The position numbers and the translations under genes are program-made. The notes beneath the pieces were generated by a model, which was not told where the DNA came from, made no database searches, and was given only the letters and a program-made list of their open reading frames with translations. Of a stretch of 64,000 nt of DNA, positions 27,186 through 41,285 are shown one piece after another (position 1 is the first letter of the stretch; each line of letters starts with the position of its first letter). The DNA comes from Octopus vulgaris (taxonomy: Eukaryota): the NCBI GenBank assembly GCA_951406725.2, contig OX597834.1, positions 33,480,001 through 33,544,000 of the forward strand, written 5' to 3'.

Positions 27186-28413
27186 TTGATAACAATGGCA
27201 GGCAAGAGTTACAAGTGAAGTACACAATGCAACCCAGAAGGACAACAGAATGAACATAAAAAAGCACCACAAAGAGGAAAAGGTTTATAGTCATGGAAGC
27301 AGTTAGGTTGGCTAATTTCCAGAATTTTGGAAGGCTGCAAATGTCCTGACAGTTAATAGTTGACGCAGTTAGTTTATTTCATACTTTGTCAATTCTAAGA
27401 AAGAAAAAACCCATGTCTGAAAGTCAGAAAGTCATGGGTGCTGCACTGTTTTTGTTTTTTTTTTAATTTAAAAAATTTTCCTTGTATTGATCATCCTGTC
27501 TTACACGTGACAACAGTTGCGTGACCAAATTCCTCTGATTTTTAACATAGGCACAAAGCCAGGCATTTTATTTACTTCTTTTTTGAAGGGGATAAAGAAC
27601 AGCACTAAATACACTAGGCCTTAGCATGACAGTACACTGTGTGTAATTGTGGGGGTAGGAGATTGTTAGGGCATTGCCTGCCAATACACAATGTTATTTA
27701 TAAGGGGATAGGGAGACTGAGAGAGGGCTTGTGTACCTTAAGGACAATGAAAATCAGTTGTTGTTGTTGGCACTGCTACTGTTGTTGTCATTAAGTATAT
27801 AATTGGTGTACGAGGTGTAGAGAGGGTGTGGAGAGCACAGTGGTAGGGGCTGCCAGGGTTTCTGAGTTTCTTTCTAATTAAGCAGAATGAACCAACGAAT
27901 GAACAGTAAATGAGGTTTTGATATAATTAATACTTGAACCTGTAAAATTAATTACACAAAACCTTAAACTACAACAGAGGTGTTGTGTGAGACAAAGAAA
28001 ACTGTGATTGCCATATGATCCCCTCCATCTCCCTATTCAGGTTACTGCCCTGTTTCTCAGCTCCCTTCATTTCTACTTTTCTTTACCCTTTATTTTTACT
28101 TTTTCTTCACCCCCCTCTTGTTTAAGTTGTCCTTTCTATTTCTCTCACCCCACTCCCTCTCTCCTTTCTCTTTCTTTGTTTTCCTCCCTCATCCCCTTTA
28201 TTCTGTTTTTTACCCCCACTTTTCTCCTTTCCCTTCTCTCCTCCTTTTTACTATCCAACCCCAGCTCTTCTACTTTTCTTCCTCAACGCTTATTTTTTTT
28301 TCCCCATCTCATTTAAATTAACTAATTACATCACAACTAACGACTCTCCTCACACAGTTTTACTCTTTCCAATATAATGTCCTGTTTTGGGTAATTTAGT
28401 AGTACCAATGATG

Positions 28414-28449
<36 letters not shown>

Positions 28450-29384
28450 TTAGTTTGACAAAATCATCAAAGTACTTTGCAATGTTTCTTTTCCTTCTTT
28501 TCATTCTGAGTTCAAATCATGTTGAGATCTCGCTTTTGATCCTTTTTGGGTTCATTGAAATTAAGTACCAATGAAGCACTGTGTTTTGATAGTATCAACA
28601 ATGCCCCTATCCACAAAACTGCTGGCTCAGCTCCTTGCATTTCCCCCCAAATTTCAGGCCTTGTGCTTTTAGTAGAAAGGATTATTATTTCCAATTTAGA
28701 TTCAAAACTTAAATTTCTGGATGGTGGGATATAAGTTGATTATGTTTACCCCAGTACTTGAATTTTATTGGTACTTATCTTATGGAGCCCACAAGAGATA
28801 AAAGGCAAAGTGGACCCAGCAAAATCTTGGTACAGTAGGACCTCCATCTATGGTCTGTCGAGGAACCCCTCCAATCCAACATCACTCCGGACACCACGGG
28901 CTTACATCCTCTCCAAATGTCATTGTCTGACCTATCGATATATTCTTTGAGTGGTGCTGTCCATTTTGTTGTTCTCACCCACCTTTCAATAAATTCACTC
29001 CAAAATAAAGGATGGGATCCCTCCCTCTATCCTTGCTTCCACTTGGCCACTTGAGGTCGAGGTGTGAGGGACAGTACAATAGTGGAATACAGAAAGAGAG
29101 GGGTTGTACATTTTAAGTAAAAGGGCGCAATAAAAGGGTATAATAATAAGGGATTGCAAGACAATCAGTGTCTGAGATCAGTTTCCAAGAAATGATTTTG
29201 GGAAGATTATTAATTAGTGTGTGTGTAAGTGAGTGTTGGTGTGGTAGTATTTATGTCTGTCAACGGTGCTTTGAGATTCATTATAAAAGCTGAAAGATTG
29301 GGTTTCTACACAGACACACACACACACACACATTTAAATATTTCATAAACAGTGACCCACATACTCTCTATATCGCTCTCTTCC

Positions 29385-29435
<51 letters not shown>

Positions 29436-29712
29436 GTATGTGTGTGTATATATATGTATGTGTGTGTATATATATGTATGTGTGTGTGTATATATGTATG
29501 TGTGTGTGTATATATATGTATGTGTGTGTGTATATATATGTATGTGTGTGTGTATATATGTATGTGTGTGTGTATATATTTATGTGTGTATGTGTATATA
29601 TATATATAATACACATGCATATCTATATATACATATAAAAAATTAATATATATATAATACACAAACATATATATACACACACATACATACATATATATAT
29701 ATGTATATAGAT

Positions 29713-29766
<54 letters not shown>

Positions 29767-30145
29767 CTTATTGTGTTCTACTAACATTTCAAGTGGTTCA
29801 CTGTTGCATCCTGTCGTTGCATTCTCTTTCTCCCTGTCAATGTCTGCTCTTCCTTCCCCCCTTCATACCATTGCTATTTCCTCTTCATCTCACACCTTGA
29901 TTCTTCATCAACTTCATCTGTTTTGTGTGTGTGTGTGTGTGTGTAACTGAGTGGATGGAGACCATTGTGTGTGGGCAGGCATTCTAAGTACATGCCTTGC
30001 ATAAGTTATATATATACACACACGTGTATATTGATGTGTATGTAATATGGCAGACTGTTTTAAACCATGGCTGTCAATAGTTAGAGGTTTCCAACAACAG
30101 GCTAGTCCTTACATGTCTAATGCTATCATTGATGAGGTAGTGCCA

Positions 30146-30189
<44 letters not shown>

Positions 30190-30787
30190 GTTTGTGTGTC
30201 TGTGTTTGTCCCCACCACCACCACCACCATTGCTGGTGTGTTTAAGTCCCTGTAACTTAGCAGTTCGGCAAAAGAGTCCAATAGAATAAGTACTAGGCTT
30301 ACAAAGAATAAGCCCTGTGGTTGATTTGTTCGACTAAGGGCGGTGCTCCAGCATGGCTGCAGTCAAATGACTGAAACAAGTAAAAGAATAAAAGAATATA
30401 GATATGGTTCCGCTGTTGGATACACAATTCTTTTAATTGTGACCAATTGTTTTCTCTGGATGTCGGTGAATAAGCCCTTTGTATCTGTAAGTGTGTGTGT
30501 GATCATTATGACGTAATGTCCACTTTTCCCATCCTGGCATGAGTCAGGTGGAATTCAATAAAGCAGACAGTCTATGATGAGATGTCCTTCCTGTCGCCAA
30601 CCCTCAACTGTTTCCAAGCAACTTAATGCTTGTTTCCCTATGACTGGACATGTTTTGGCAGAATATTGGAAATAAATCACATCCCTTGAGTGATGGTGAC
30701 GCTGGTTTACAACTGTCATGTGGTATCAGAACAAGGAGGCAAAGCACATACATTACATACATACATGCATACATAATATTTATACAT

Positions 30788-30881
30788 GTGGCATCTTGGG
30801 CAAGTGTCTTCTGCTATAGCCCCGGGCTGACCAATGCCTTGTGAGTGGATTTGGTAGACGGAAACTAAAAGAAGCCTGTCG

Positions 30882-30912
<31 letters not shown>

Positions 30913-31119
30913 CTGTTTGTGTGTTTGTGTTTGTCCTCCTAGCATTGCTTGACAACCGATGCTGGTGTGTTTACGTCCCCGTCACTTAGCGGTTCGGCAA
31001 AAGAGACCGAGAGAATAAGTACTGGGCTTACAAAGAATAAGTCCCGGGGTCGATTTGCTCGACTAAAGGCGGTGCTCCAGCATGGCCGCAGTCAAATGAC
31101 TGAAACGAGTAAAAGAGAG

Positions 31120-31120
<1 letters not shown>
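30788..31120 (+). mobile_element. SINE family A, 5'-truncated young copy
   Basis: Nearly exact reverse complement of 25186-25525 and 38121-38470. Confidence 0.85.
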
Positions 31121-31176
<56 letters not shown>

Positions 31177-31247
31177 TCACACTCACACATGTGTGTATCT
31201 ATCTATCTATCTATCTACCTATCCATCTGTCTGTCTCAAAGCACATA

Positions 31248-31460
31248 CTTTATTATTAAAGCTGCAAAAAAACTCCACAAAGCACTTCTACTCAGAGTTT
31301 CACATTCTCGTTCGTCGGACAGTTTTTGATTGAGAATGGAACTAAATTTTTTTTTTTTTTCCATTCTCAGTTAAAACTCTCCAACAAATGGAAACATGAA
31401 ACTCTGAGTAGCAGTTTTTTGTGATACTTTTGTGATGGTTTTGCAGCTTTAATAATAAAG
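31248..31460. repeat. Fold-back inverted repeat with ~95-bp arms around a poly-T spacer
   Basis: tttattattaaagctgcaaaa...ctactcagagtttcac...tgagaatggaa pairs with ttccattctca...tgaaactctgagtag...ttttgcagctttaataataaa. Confidence 0.85.
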
Positions 31461-32397
31461 CATATTACTCTACTTCTGGTATTCGAGTACTATTTTTGCC
31501 TCCTTGTTTCACATTTTTGTGCTTACTTGTGTGTGTATATATTTATGATAAGCTCTTTCCAATTTCCATCTGTGAAATCCTCCCACAATGCTTTGGTTGG
31601 CCTGGGGTTATAGTAGAAGACAATTACTCTAGATATCACACAGTATGATCAAATCTGAAACCATGTGGATGGGAAGCAAGCTTACATCTACTTATCCATG
31701 TTCGGTCATGGATGGAATGGCTTTGATCATGTGTCAACTCATTCAGAGTTGATATGGAACCGGTGGAACCAGACAGCAGCTAATCAGTTTGTCATCTGGT
31801 CCCACTGGTTTCATGTCAGCTATTTGTTATGTCCTTCATAATTGAAAATGGTTTCTAGTGATTTGAAAGAGATGTAACTGTTATTTCTAGTCAACTGATT
31901 GGTTTCATAGAGGTTCACTCAATCCCATGCTGCTTCGTGTACACATGTATCTTACAACACTACTTAAATAAGCCGGTCAAGTTAATGTCTATCAAACCCC
32001 CTCCCTTATTTACATCCATTAAGGCACGTGGCTTAGTGGTTAAAGTGTTGAACTCATGATCGTAATATTGTGGTTTCAATCCCTGGACTGGGTAATGCAT
32101 TGTGTTCTTAAGCAAAACTCTTCATTCACATTGCTCCAGTCCACTCAGCTGGTAAAAAGAAATATAATCTTGCAATTGACTTGTGTCCTACCCAGAGAGG
32201 AATATATACATCAGAAAAAAAATGGGGAACCTGGCCATTTACTCCTTAAAGAGTAAACTGTACTTGCCATTTATTTACATTCATTCCTATATGTGTTGAA
32301 ATGGTACCACATATTCCAGTCCATGTTTTAATACATGCTTATTCTGTGAATATTATAATTCATTGGGAATTTCCACTTCTATCTATAATTTTCTCCT

Positions 32398-32624
32398 TTA
32401 ACCCTTTAGTGTTCAGATTATTCTATCAAACATAATGCCTATTGATTCCCATTGATTTCAATTAATCATGCATTATCTCATATCTTCAAGATCTTGATGG
32501 TGTAATTACTTAATGTAGAATAACATTGTAGGGTAGGTGTGAGGGCCTGGATCTGGTCAGTTTGAACATAAAACAGATTAAATATTTTGGCCGGATATGG
32601 CCGGTTTAAATACTAAAGGGTTAA
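32398..32624. mobile_element. piggyBac-like MITE family P1, best copy (219 bp between TSDs)
   Basis: TTAA 32398-32401 and TTAA 32621-32624 flank TIRs ccctttagt.. / ..actaaaggg. TTAA duplication with CCC termini is the piggyBac signature. Confidence 0.85.
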
Positions 32625-33544
32625 AATAAAACATCTACAGACATGCAATTGATAGCCGGAATACGCAAGATATGCTTAATGAGGGCACATCTTGGATTAG
32701 AATCCCTTCTATATACTATTTCATTCTTATGCTATACAGAATGTTTAGAGACCACCAGTAGGAAGATGGGTGGCCAATTCACAGCCCACACCCCTTCAAC
32801 TTCCCTTTCTATCCTACCCCACTCTGTTCGTATCTACCACCGTCTATGTTGTCATCCTAGAAATGTTCTTTTGTAAACCTTTCCTTTAACACCATTTTCT
32901 CTTGAGAAATCTTTTTAATTTATTTGTTGTTACTAAAGAGAATAAGTAATAATAATAAGATAATTATAATAAATAGTAATAATTAATTACTTATTTTTCC
33001 CTGGCTTGTGTAGTCTGATTTTGCATATCTGGAATTTGCATATTTGGAAAAGTTTGTTTTCATAATGTTGTGTGGTGGTGGTGGCTGTGGGTGACATGTT
33101 TGTAGAAAGTGTTGGTGGTGGTGACTATTGTTTAGCCCCAGGCAAACTCTGGTTAAGTAAAACCTGATCAAAGATATCAACTGTAACCATCTTGGTTTTG
33201 TCCCCACCCCCACATACAGGGAACCCTGTATAACATTATCAAAGGTGCCCTTTTCTAAGATAAGGGGTTGGGATTTGAAGGAGATTTAGTTACTATTTCT
33301 AGCAGGTCAAGCAAATTTGCCAATGGTCTTTAAAGTGGGCAGGGATTATGAGAAAAATTCTACGCATCTCAATCCTCCTTGCTTATTAAGATCTGGTATT
33401 TCTGCTGGGATGGAATTTTGCCAATGATTTTCCCCTGGAATAGTAGGGTTTTCAATAAAATATATACCTGTAATATACTGGTGTTTATTCAGTCAACTAA
33501 ATACCTCTTGTTGATTTGTAGCAGTGTTTGAAGCTATTATTCTT

Positions 33545-34000
33545 AATAAAGTACCAGTGAAATACTGGGGTCAGTGTAATAGACTAACTCCTACTTCTTC
33601 TCAAAAATTGTCGACCTTATGCCTAAATGAGTTCAAATTCCGCCGAGGTCAACTTTCCCTTTCACCCTTTCAGGACCGAAAAAATTAGTACCTGTTGAGT
33701 ACTGGGGTTGATATAATCAACCTATCCCTTCCCCAAATTTCAGACCTTGTGCCAACAGTAGAAAGGATTATTTTATTATCGTTGTTATTATGAGCTGGCA
33801 GAGTTGTTAGCATCCTGATATTTCATCTGTCTTTACATTCTGAGTTCAAATTCTGCCGAAGTTGACTTTCCCTTTCATTTTATTTGGGGGGAGGGGTCAA
33901 TGAAATAAGTACCAGTTGAACACTGGGGTCGATGTAATTGACTTTTCCTCTCCACCAAATTTCGGGCCTTGTGCCTATAGTAGAAAGGATTATTATTATT
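33545..34000 (+). mobile_element. Tandem cluster of SINE family B copies
   Basis: Three partial or complete units ending tagaaaggattatt. Confidence 0.7.
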
Positions 34001-34268
34001 ATTTACTATGTCACACAGTATCCAATATCACTATGTTGTTGATTGAAGATATTGTGTGTACCGGGGGGGGTTTGTTCTGTCTGTCAAGTCACAACAAGAA
34101 CCTCAGACAGATAATACTTTATGCAATATGCATGCATTTCCAAGTAATGCCGATGGTCGATGCTAGTGCTGCTTGACTGGATCCTCTGCTAGTGGCATGT
34201 AAAAAGCACCCACTACACTCTCGGAGTGGTTGGCATTAGGAAGGGCATCCAGCTGTAGAAACCTTGCT

Positions 34269-34532
34269 CGGCTGTGGGGTCACGCCGAAAAGCTCTATCT
34301 GCGACGATTTCATCTCAATCGAAGGAGAGAGGCTTTCTCCGTCCGGGTTGTGGATCCGTGGAATAAGCTGCCGGACGAGATAGTGAAGATGCCGACGACC
34401 GCTCGGTTCAAAGTCTCTCTTGACCAGAAATGGCCTGAACTCTTTGCATGAATACCCTTCCTGTACATAACTCCATGTCCCCCTATATGGCCTTGCTTTT
34501 TGCTTTTTGAGCCAAAAAATTAACTTAACTTA
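34269..34532 (+). mobile_element. 5'-truncated CR1-clade LINE (ORF2 C-terminus, 3' UTR, (TTAAC)n tail)
   Basis: Encodes RLWGHAEKLYLRRFHLNRRREAFSVRVVDPWNKLPDEIVKMPTTARFKVSLD, the CR1 GH-KL/FS-RVV-WN-LP/FK-LD ending; stop at 34451. Inserted into an RTE-type element (gtagaaaccttgct | agatcag). Confidence 0.85.
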
Positions 34533-34657
34533 AGATCAGTTAGGAGGGTATAGGGTTGTGATTGTTAAGATTCCTCTCATTCTCTACGTCCCCCCAACAA
34601 CCTTAATGACCATCAATATGTTTAATTGGCCTCCTAGAAATAACATCCAGATTCCCC

Positions 34658-34879
34658 TTAACCTTATAGCATTTAAACCAGTCCTATCTGGCCCAAATAT
34701 CCTACCTGTTTTTTATTCAAACTGACTAGCTTCTCACACCTATCCTACAATGTCATTTTCAAAATATACTACCACATCGTGGGAATCTTGAAGCCATGAG
34801 ACAGCACATGATTAATTGAGAATAATGTGATTATATAAGCATTATATTTGACAGAATTATCTGAATGCCAAAGAGTTAG
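34658..34879. mobile_element. piggyBac-like MITE family P1 (diverged)
   Basis: TTAA-ccttatagcattt ... gaatgccaaagag-ttag. Confidence 0.7.
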
Positions 34880-35485
34880 ATCACAACCCAGTTTTAGAAA
34901 AGGCCACCTTGAATAATTTTGTACTAGGTTCCCTGGGGGAAAAGGTAGAATGAAAAGACAAGACGATCATGTTTAGAATGACTATGATCATGGACTTTAG
35001 CCAATCATGGCTAAACTGGGGGTTTAAACAAGTCATTGTTTACAACATTCTTACAATACAGTAAATAGAGTGAATAGCATATTATGTGAGTTAAAAAAAG
35101 GAAATCAGCAGAAGAAAATCGCGTAGAATATTCTCACACTCGTGGAAAAGTGAACTTAGAAGTAAACTACTTACATAATGTCAGCAATAGCAGTGAGGTC
35201 CTGAGTTCAAATTTAGGTGATATCTGGTATTGGTTATGGGTAAATTCTAGTTTTATTACCCTTGTTTTTTTTCCTTTTATGTACTTTTATGTTAAATGGT
35301 GCAAGTTGTGCTGGTTTTGTGGGTAAGGAATTTTGCATCGCTTACCATGCATTTTTGCATCTGATGCCACTGCATGTTGTTTTGGGAAAGTGTCTTATGT
35401 AACACTGGGTTGGTCAGTGTTTTCAGAACGGAATTTGGTGACTGGGAAATTATGAGGTGGGGAAAGACTGTAATGTGTGTATGTG

Positions 35486-35700
35486 TGAGGGAGTGCTGAA
35501 AAGTTTCTGGCTTTAAGGGTATCATAAAAGACCTGGCTGAAAGCCCAACCTTCTAAGTTCTTTTAAGGGCTTAGAAAAACTGAAGGACCACTGCAATAAG
35601 TGTGTGAATCTGAAAGGGGAATATGTTGAGTAAAATCACATTAATTGATTCTCCTCTATTTTCTTTTACCTGAAGCCAGGAGCTTTTCAGCACCTCCTCA
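35486..35700 (+). mobile_element. Tc1/mariner-derived MITE
   Basis: TIRs tgagggagtgctgaaaagtttctggcttt / aagccaggagcttttcagcacctcctca. Interior encodes GLEKLKDHCNKCVNLKGEYVE*, typical of a mariner transposase C-terminus. Confidence 0.85.
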
Positions 35701-35964
35701 AGGAATGTGTGTGTGTGTGTATAGGGTTAGGGTTAGTTAAAAGACACAATCATAACCTTCACGCGGTCCATACCACATCAGACTCTCCAAGATGTATTTC
35801 TGAACATGTATAGAAGAGTCAACTTATGTATTGAAAATGAAGGACGACACTTTCAATTCCTCTTGTAAAGTTTTTTAAAATCTTGTAAAGTCTAACATAT
35901 TCTTTTGTAGTCTTATACCATCTTATAAATATTCATTTTGCAACAAAATACTTACTGCAGAGAG

Positions 35965-36497
<533 letters not shown>

Positions 36498-37716
36498 ATG
36501 GCTGAAGTACACAGGAAGCGATGAATAGCAGTATAGAAATATTGGATTGAAAATCCCTTTTTGGATAGAGAAGGGGTTTTCCAACCCAATATTTTCCTGA
36601 TATTATTTATAGCTTTATATGTGCTTCAAGAAGTGTTATTCCAAAACTTATTTTTATTTCATATTCTCTTGAAATATGTGGAATATGTGTTTACGGGTTC
36701 CTTCCAGGAATAAGTGGGCAAAGATGAGATGAGATATATGTATACATGCACAAAAAAATATATATATATGCATATGTACACATATGTATGTAATGGATGT
36801 GCATACACAAACACCTGTGTGTATGTGTGTGTATGTATATAGCTATCTATCTATCTATATATATATATATATTATCTCATCATCATCGTTGTTTAATGTC
36901 CACTTTCCATGCTGGCATGGGTTGGATGGTTTGACTGAGGACTGGTGAGCCAGAGGCTGTACCAGGCGCAATCTGATCTGGCAAAGTTTCTACAGCTGGA
37001 TGCCCTTCCTGTAGTGGGTGCTTTTACGTGCCACTGGTACGAGGGCTAGTCATGTAGTTCTGGCAATGACCACGCTCAAAAGGTGTTTTTTATGTGCTAC
37101 CTGCACGGTATATATATAGGTGTGAACTATGAGCAATGCATCATAAAACCACCAGCATTTAGCTTGGACCAAAATGTAAATCTTTATAACTTTTGAAGCC
37201 TATTACATCACCTGATGAGGCTCCTTGCACTATGCGATGCATCTGATGTCATTACATCATTTCCCATCCACTAGGGAGCAGTGAAAACATTTGGTGTGGG
37301 GAAATATTACCTTTCTTGGAAACAGGTAAGGATTGGCAACTGGAAGGGCATCCAGCTGTAAAAAGATCTACTGTTAATAAACTCCATCCATCTCATGCAG
37401 GCGTGGAAATGTGGGTGTTAAAATAACGGAGATGGTAAACCCAATCTACTCATAAGAATTCTCTTTTGTCATCACTTATCATCAACAACATTGTCATCGG
37501 ATGTCCATCATAGGTCAAAAATGCCTATGGTAACTTGTTGAGCATTCAGTGCATCAGTAATGGTATATACATGTATGTTTGCATCTGTGTGTGTGTGGAT
37601 GTGTGTATATGTACTGATATGTATGGATATGAAAGTAATTAACTTTTGACTGAAGGCATGACAAGGTAAAAACGATTCTAAGCACACATACACACAAAGC
37701 ATTTACACCTGCATGT

Positions 37717-37751
<35 letters not shown>

Positions 37752-37770
37752 CATATAAATATATAAATAC

Positions 37771-37816
<46 letters not shown>

Positions 37817-38120
37817 TTACGCACACATTCACATTTTTAGTTTAGCCGGTCATCATGATTTCAGCATGAATCATATACAGAAAAATCTGTGCACTTAGTG
37901 TGACCCTCTACCCACACATTTATTGATGTTGTTGCTGTTGTTGTGGGCAGTGGTGGTGGCGTTCTTGCATTTTTTGTTCCATTTTATTGTTGTTGTTCTT
38001 GAAGACAAATTCAAAGACGTCATATTTATTTTTTCACACACAAGCACATATATATTGTGTATGTATACATATATCTTTATCTCCCCCCCCCCCGCTCCAA
38101 CTCTCTCTCACTTCTATCTA

Positions 38121-38536
38121 TTACTCTTTTACTCTTTTACTTGTTTCAGTCATTTGACTGCGGCCATGCTGGAGCACCGCCTTTAGTTGAGCAGATCGAC
38201 CCCAGGACTTATTCTTTGTAAGCCCAGTACTTATTCTATCGGTCTCTTTTGCCGAACCGCTAAGTGACGGGGACATAAACACACCAGCATCGGTTGTCAA
38301 GCGATGCTAGGGGGACAAACACAGACACACAAACATATACACACACATACATATATATATATATGCACATATACGACAGGCTTCTTTCAGTTTCCATCTA
38401 CCAAATCCACTCACAAGGCATTGGTCGGCCCGGGGCTATAGCAAAAGACACTTGCCCAAGATGCCACGCAGTGGGACTGAACCCGGGACCATGTGGTTGG
38501 TAAGCAAGCTACTTACCGCACAGCCACTCCTGCGCC
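38121..38536 (-). mobile_element. SINE family A, full-length reference copy
   Basis: - strand begins ggcgcaggagTGGCTGcggtaag (A-box-like) ... GGTTCAGTCCC (B-box-like), then a CORE-like block gtggcatcttgggcaagtgtc, an internal TA/TG microsatellite and a (taaaagag)n tail. Many more diverged copies, e.g. 5398, 6105, 9460, 19660, 39495, 40425, 42005, 53690, 56390, 63790. Confidence 0.88.
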
Positions 38537-39086
38537 TATATATATCTATATATATAATGTATAATATTTTAGTCATTTGACTGTGGCTGTGCTGGGGCAC
38601 CATCTTAAAGGGGTTTAGTTGAGTGAATCAACCCCTGTATTTGTTTTTAAAACCTCGTACTTGTTCTATCAGTCTCACTTGCTGAACTGCAAAGTTACAG
38701 GGATGTAAGCAATATCAACAACTCTATTCTTCACTTTATATATGTATATATAGATGTGTGCGTATGTGTACCATGCACAGATCTCTCGGGTCTTGATTCA
38801 TTTTAGACCTTCTGTTAGGTAAAATAATAAAATACATATATATAAATACATTAATTTTTTTGAGTTCTAGTTTTCCTATTTGTTCTTCCAAACCTGTGTG
38901 TGTGTTCATGGACACACACACACATATATATATATATAAATGTACATATAGATATACATGTATGCATATATGAATATATACATATTTACACACAAACCAT
39001 GTGTATATATATATATATATAAGAGATGTATGTTTCTATTGAGACACACACACTCACAAACACACACACTCACACACACACACACA

Positions 39087-39120
<34 letters not shown>

Positions 39121-40134
39121 TATGCGCCTACTCTTATATCTGTATTCAGATTTAATTAATAAATCTTTTCATAAAAAAGAAACAGAAAATGATCCGCAAG
39201 TGAAACCCATACACATACAAGCATATCAAATGTGCAAAGAATAGGGTTATATTTATGAAGATTTTCCTTAATCCATATAAGAGGCACTCCCTAATTCATT
39301 TTTGTTGGGGCCCCGTTAAGTTTTGCCCTATGGCTTATGCAACCAAACTGGTCGACTAAGCTAAGTTTCAATTAAATTAAATTTTAAATCTGATTCCACT
39401 TTTGATATTGAGTCTTGACATAAGTAAGTGTTTTGTTGGTCTTGCTATTAAATTGGTAAGTGATATTCTGAGTATTATATCATATAGATATAGCTGCACG
39501 TGTGGCAGTGTGGTAAGAAATTTGCTTCCCAACCATATGGTTTTGGGTTCAGTCCCATACCAAGGCACCTTAGGCAAGTGTCTTCTATGATCATTTCAGG
39601 CCTACCAAAGCCTTGTGAGTGGATTTGGTAGATGGAAACTGAAGGAAGCCTGTCATATATATGTGTAAAAATATACATATACTCATATTTTGAGTTCTAT
39701 TTTTCCTGTTTGCATCAACACACACACACAAATATATATGTAATAAGGGTGGCTTAGTAAGATATAAGTTAGAGGTTATGCAACCATTTAAGGGATAGAT
39801 GTATCCGTAGGCACTCCTGGTGTAATACCTCAGTATGTAAGGTCCTCGTTATAAGGTATACAGTAGCAGGTAATTTAAAGGTAAAACCGTGGTTTAATAT
39901 ATATAGAGATGATAAGAAATGGAGCTCCATTTCTTATCGTCTCTATAAGGGTGGCTTATTCTCAATTTCAGTTTCTGTCGACCAAATCCACTCACAAAGC
40001 TTCGGTCAGCCCAAGGCTATAGTAGAAGACACTTGCCCAAGGTGCTACACGGTGGAATTGAACCAGGAACCATGTGGTTGCGAAGCAAGATTCTTACCAC
40101 ACAGCTACATTGCGCCCATATACACACACACATA

Positions 40135-40182
<48 letters not shown>

Positions 40183-40858
40183 TTATTATGTGCCTGTGTT
40201 TGTCTCCCACCACCACTTGACAACTGGTGCTGGTGTGTTTACATCTCCATAACCTAGCAGTTTGACAATAGAGACCAATAAAATAAGTACCGTGCTTAAA
40301 AAAAACAAATAATGTGGAGGGTGTCACTTCATTTGACTAAAAATTCTTCAAGGCAGTGCCCCAGCATGGCCGCAGACTAATGACTGAAACAAGTATAAGG
40401 CACAGGGGGTGTATGCATGTATTTTATTCTTTTACTTGTTTCGGTCAATTTGACTGTGGCCATGCTGGAGCACTGGCTTTTACTGAAACAAATTGATCCA
40501 AGGACTTATTCTTTGTAAGCCTAGTACTTATACTAATGGTCTCTTTTTACCGAATCGCTAAGTTATGGGGATGTAAGCACACCAACATTGGTTGTCACAT
40601 AACAGTATGGAGACACACAAACGATGGGCTTCTTTCAGTTTCCGTCTACCAAATCCACTCACGGATTTGGTCGGCCCAAAGCTATAGTAGAAGACACTTG
40701 CCCAAGGTGCCATGCAGTGGGACAGAACCCAGAACCATGTGGTTGGCCATGCCTATGTGTATATGCATGAATTCTCAAAGAGGTGTATAAGAAATTAGAT
40801 ATGATTTCCTTCACAAAAGATTTTTCTATATCTCTGTAATAAACACTCCAAGCAATAG

Positions 40859-40900
<42 letters not shown>

Positions 40901-41242
40901 ATGTTTGTGTGGGTGAATGGGTGAGTCCAATATATGGGTAGATGTATGTATGTGTTTGCATGTATATGTGAATATAAATGTGTCTATATGTGTGTATGTG
41001 TATATATACACCGCATATATATATATATATATACACGCAAACACATACACGCAAACACACATACACGCACAGTTTGCATATAAATATGTATATGCATGCA
41101 CGTGTGTGAATATGTGTATGTTTATGTGAAAATATAAAGAGTGTGTGTGTGTGTGTGTGTGTATGTGCATGTATGCCTGTGAGTACATTTTCACTTGTTT
41201 GGAGTTACAGTCGTAAATAAATTAAATACTTTGTCGTCATCA

Positions 41243-41285
<43 letters not shown>

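Noticed and set aside
34731-34785. Pair of CSL motifs (TTCTCACA 34731, CGTGGGAA 34778)
   Set aside because: Wrong orientation and spacing for a paired SPS site, and both lie inside a diverged MITE.
37205-37298. Sense-strand hammerhead with long stem II (CUGAUGA at 37212, GCUCC/GGAGC, GAAA at 37283)
   Set aside because: GAAA is separated from stem II by extra bases and also fits the start of the adjacent family C repeat. If real, it would be a counter-example to the strand-bias finding.
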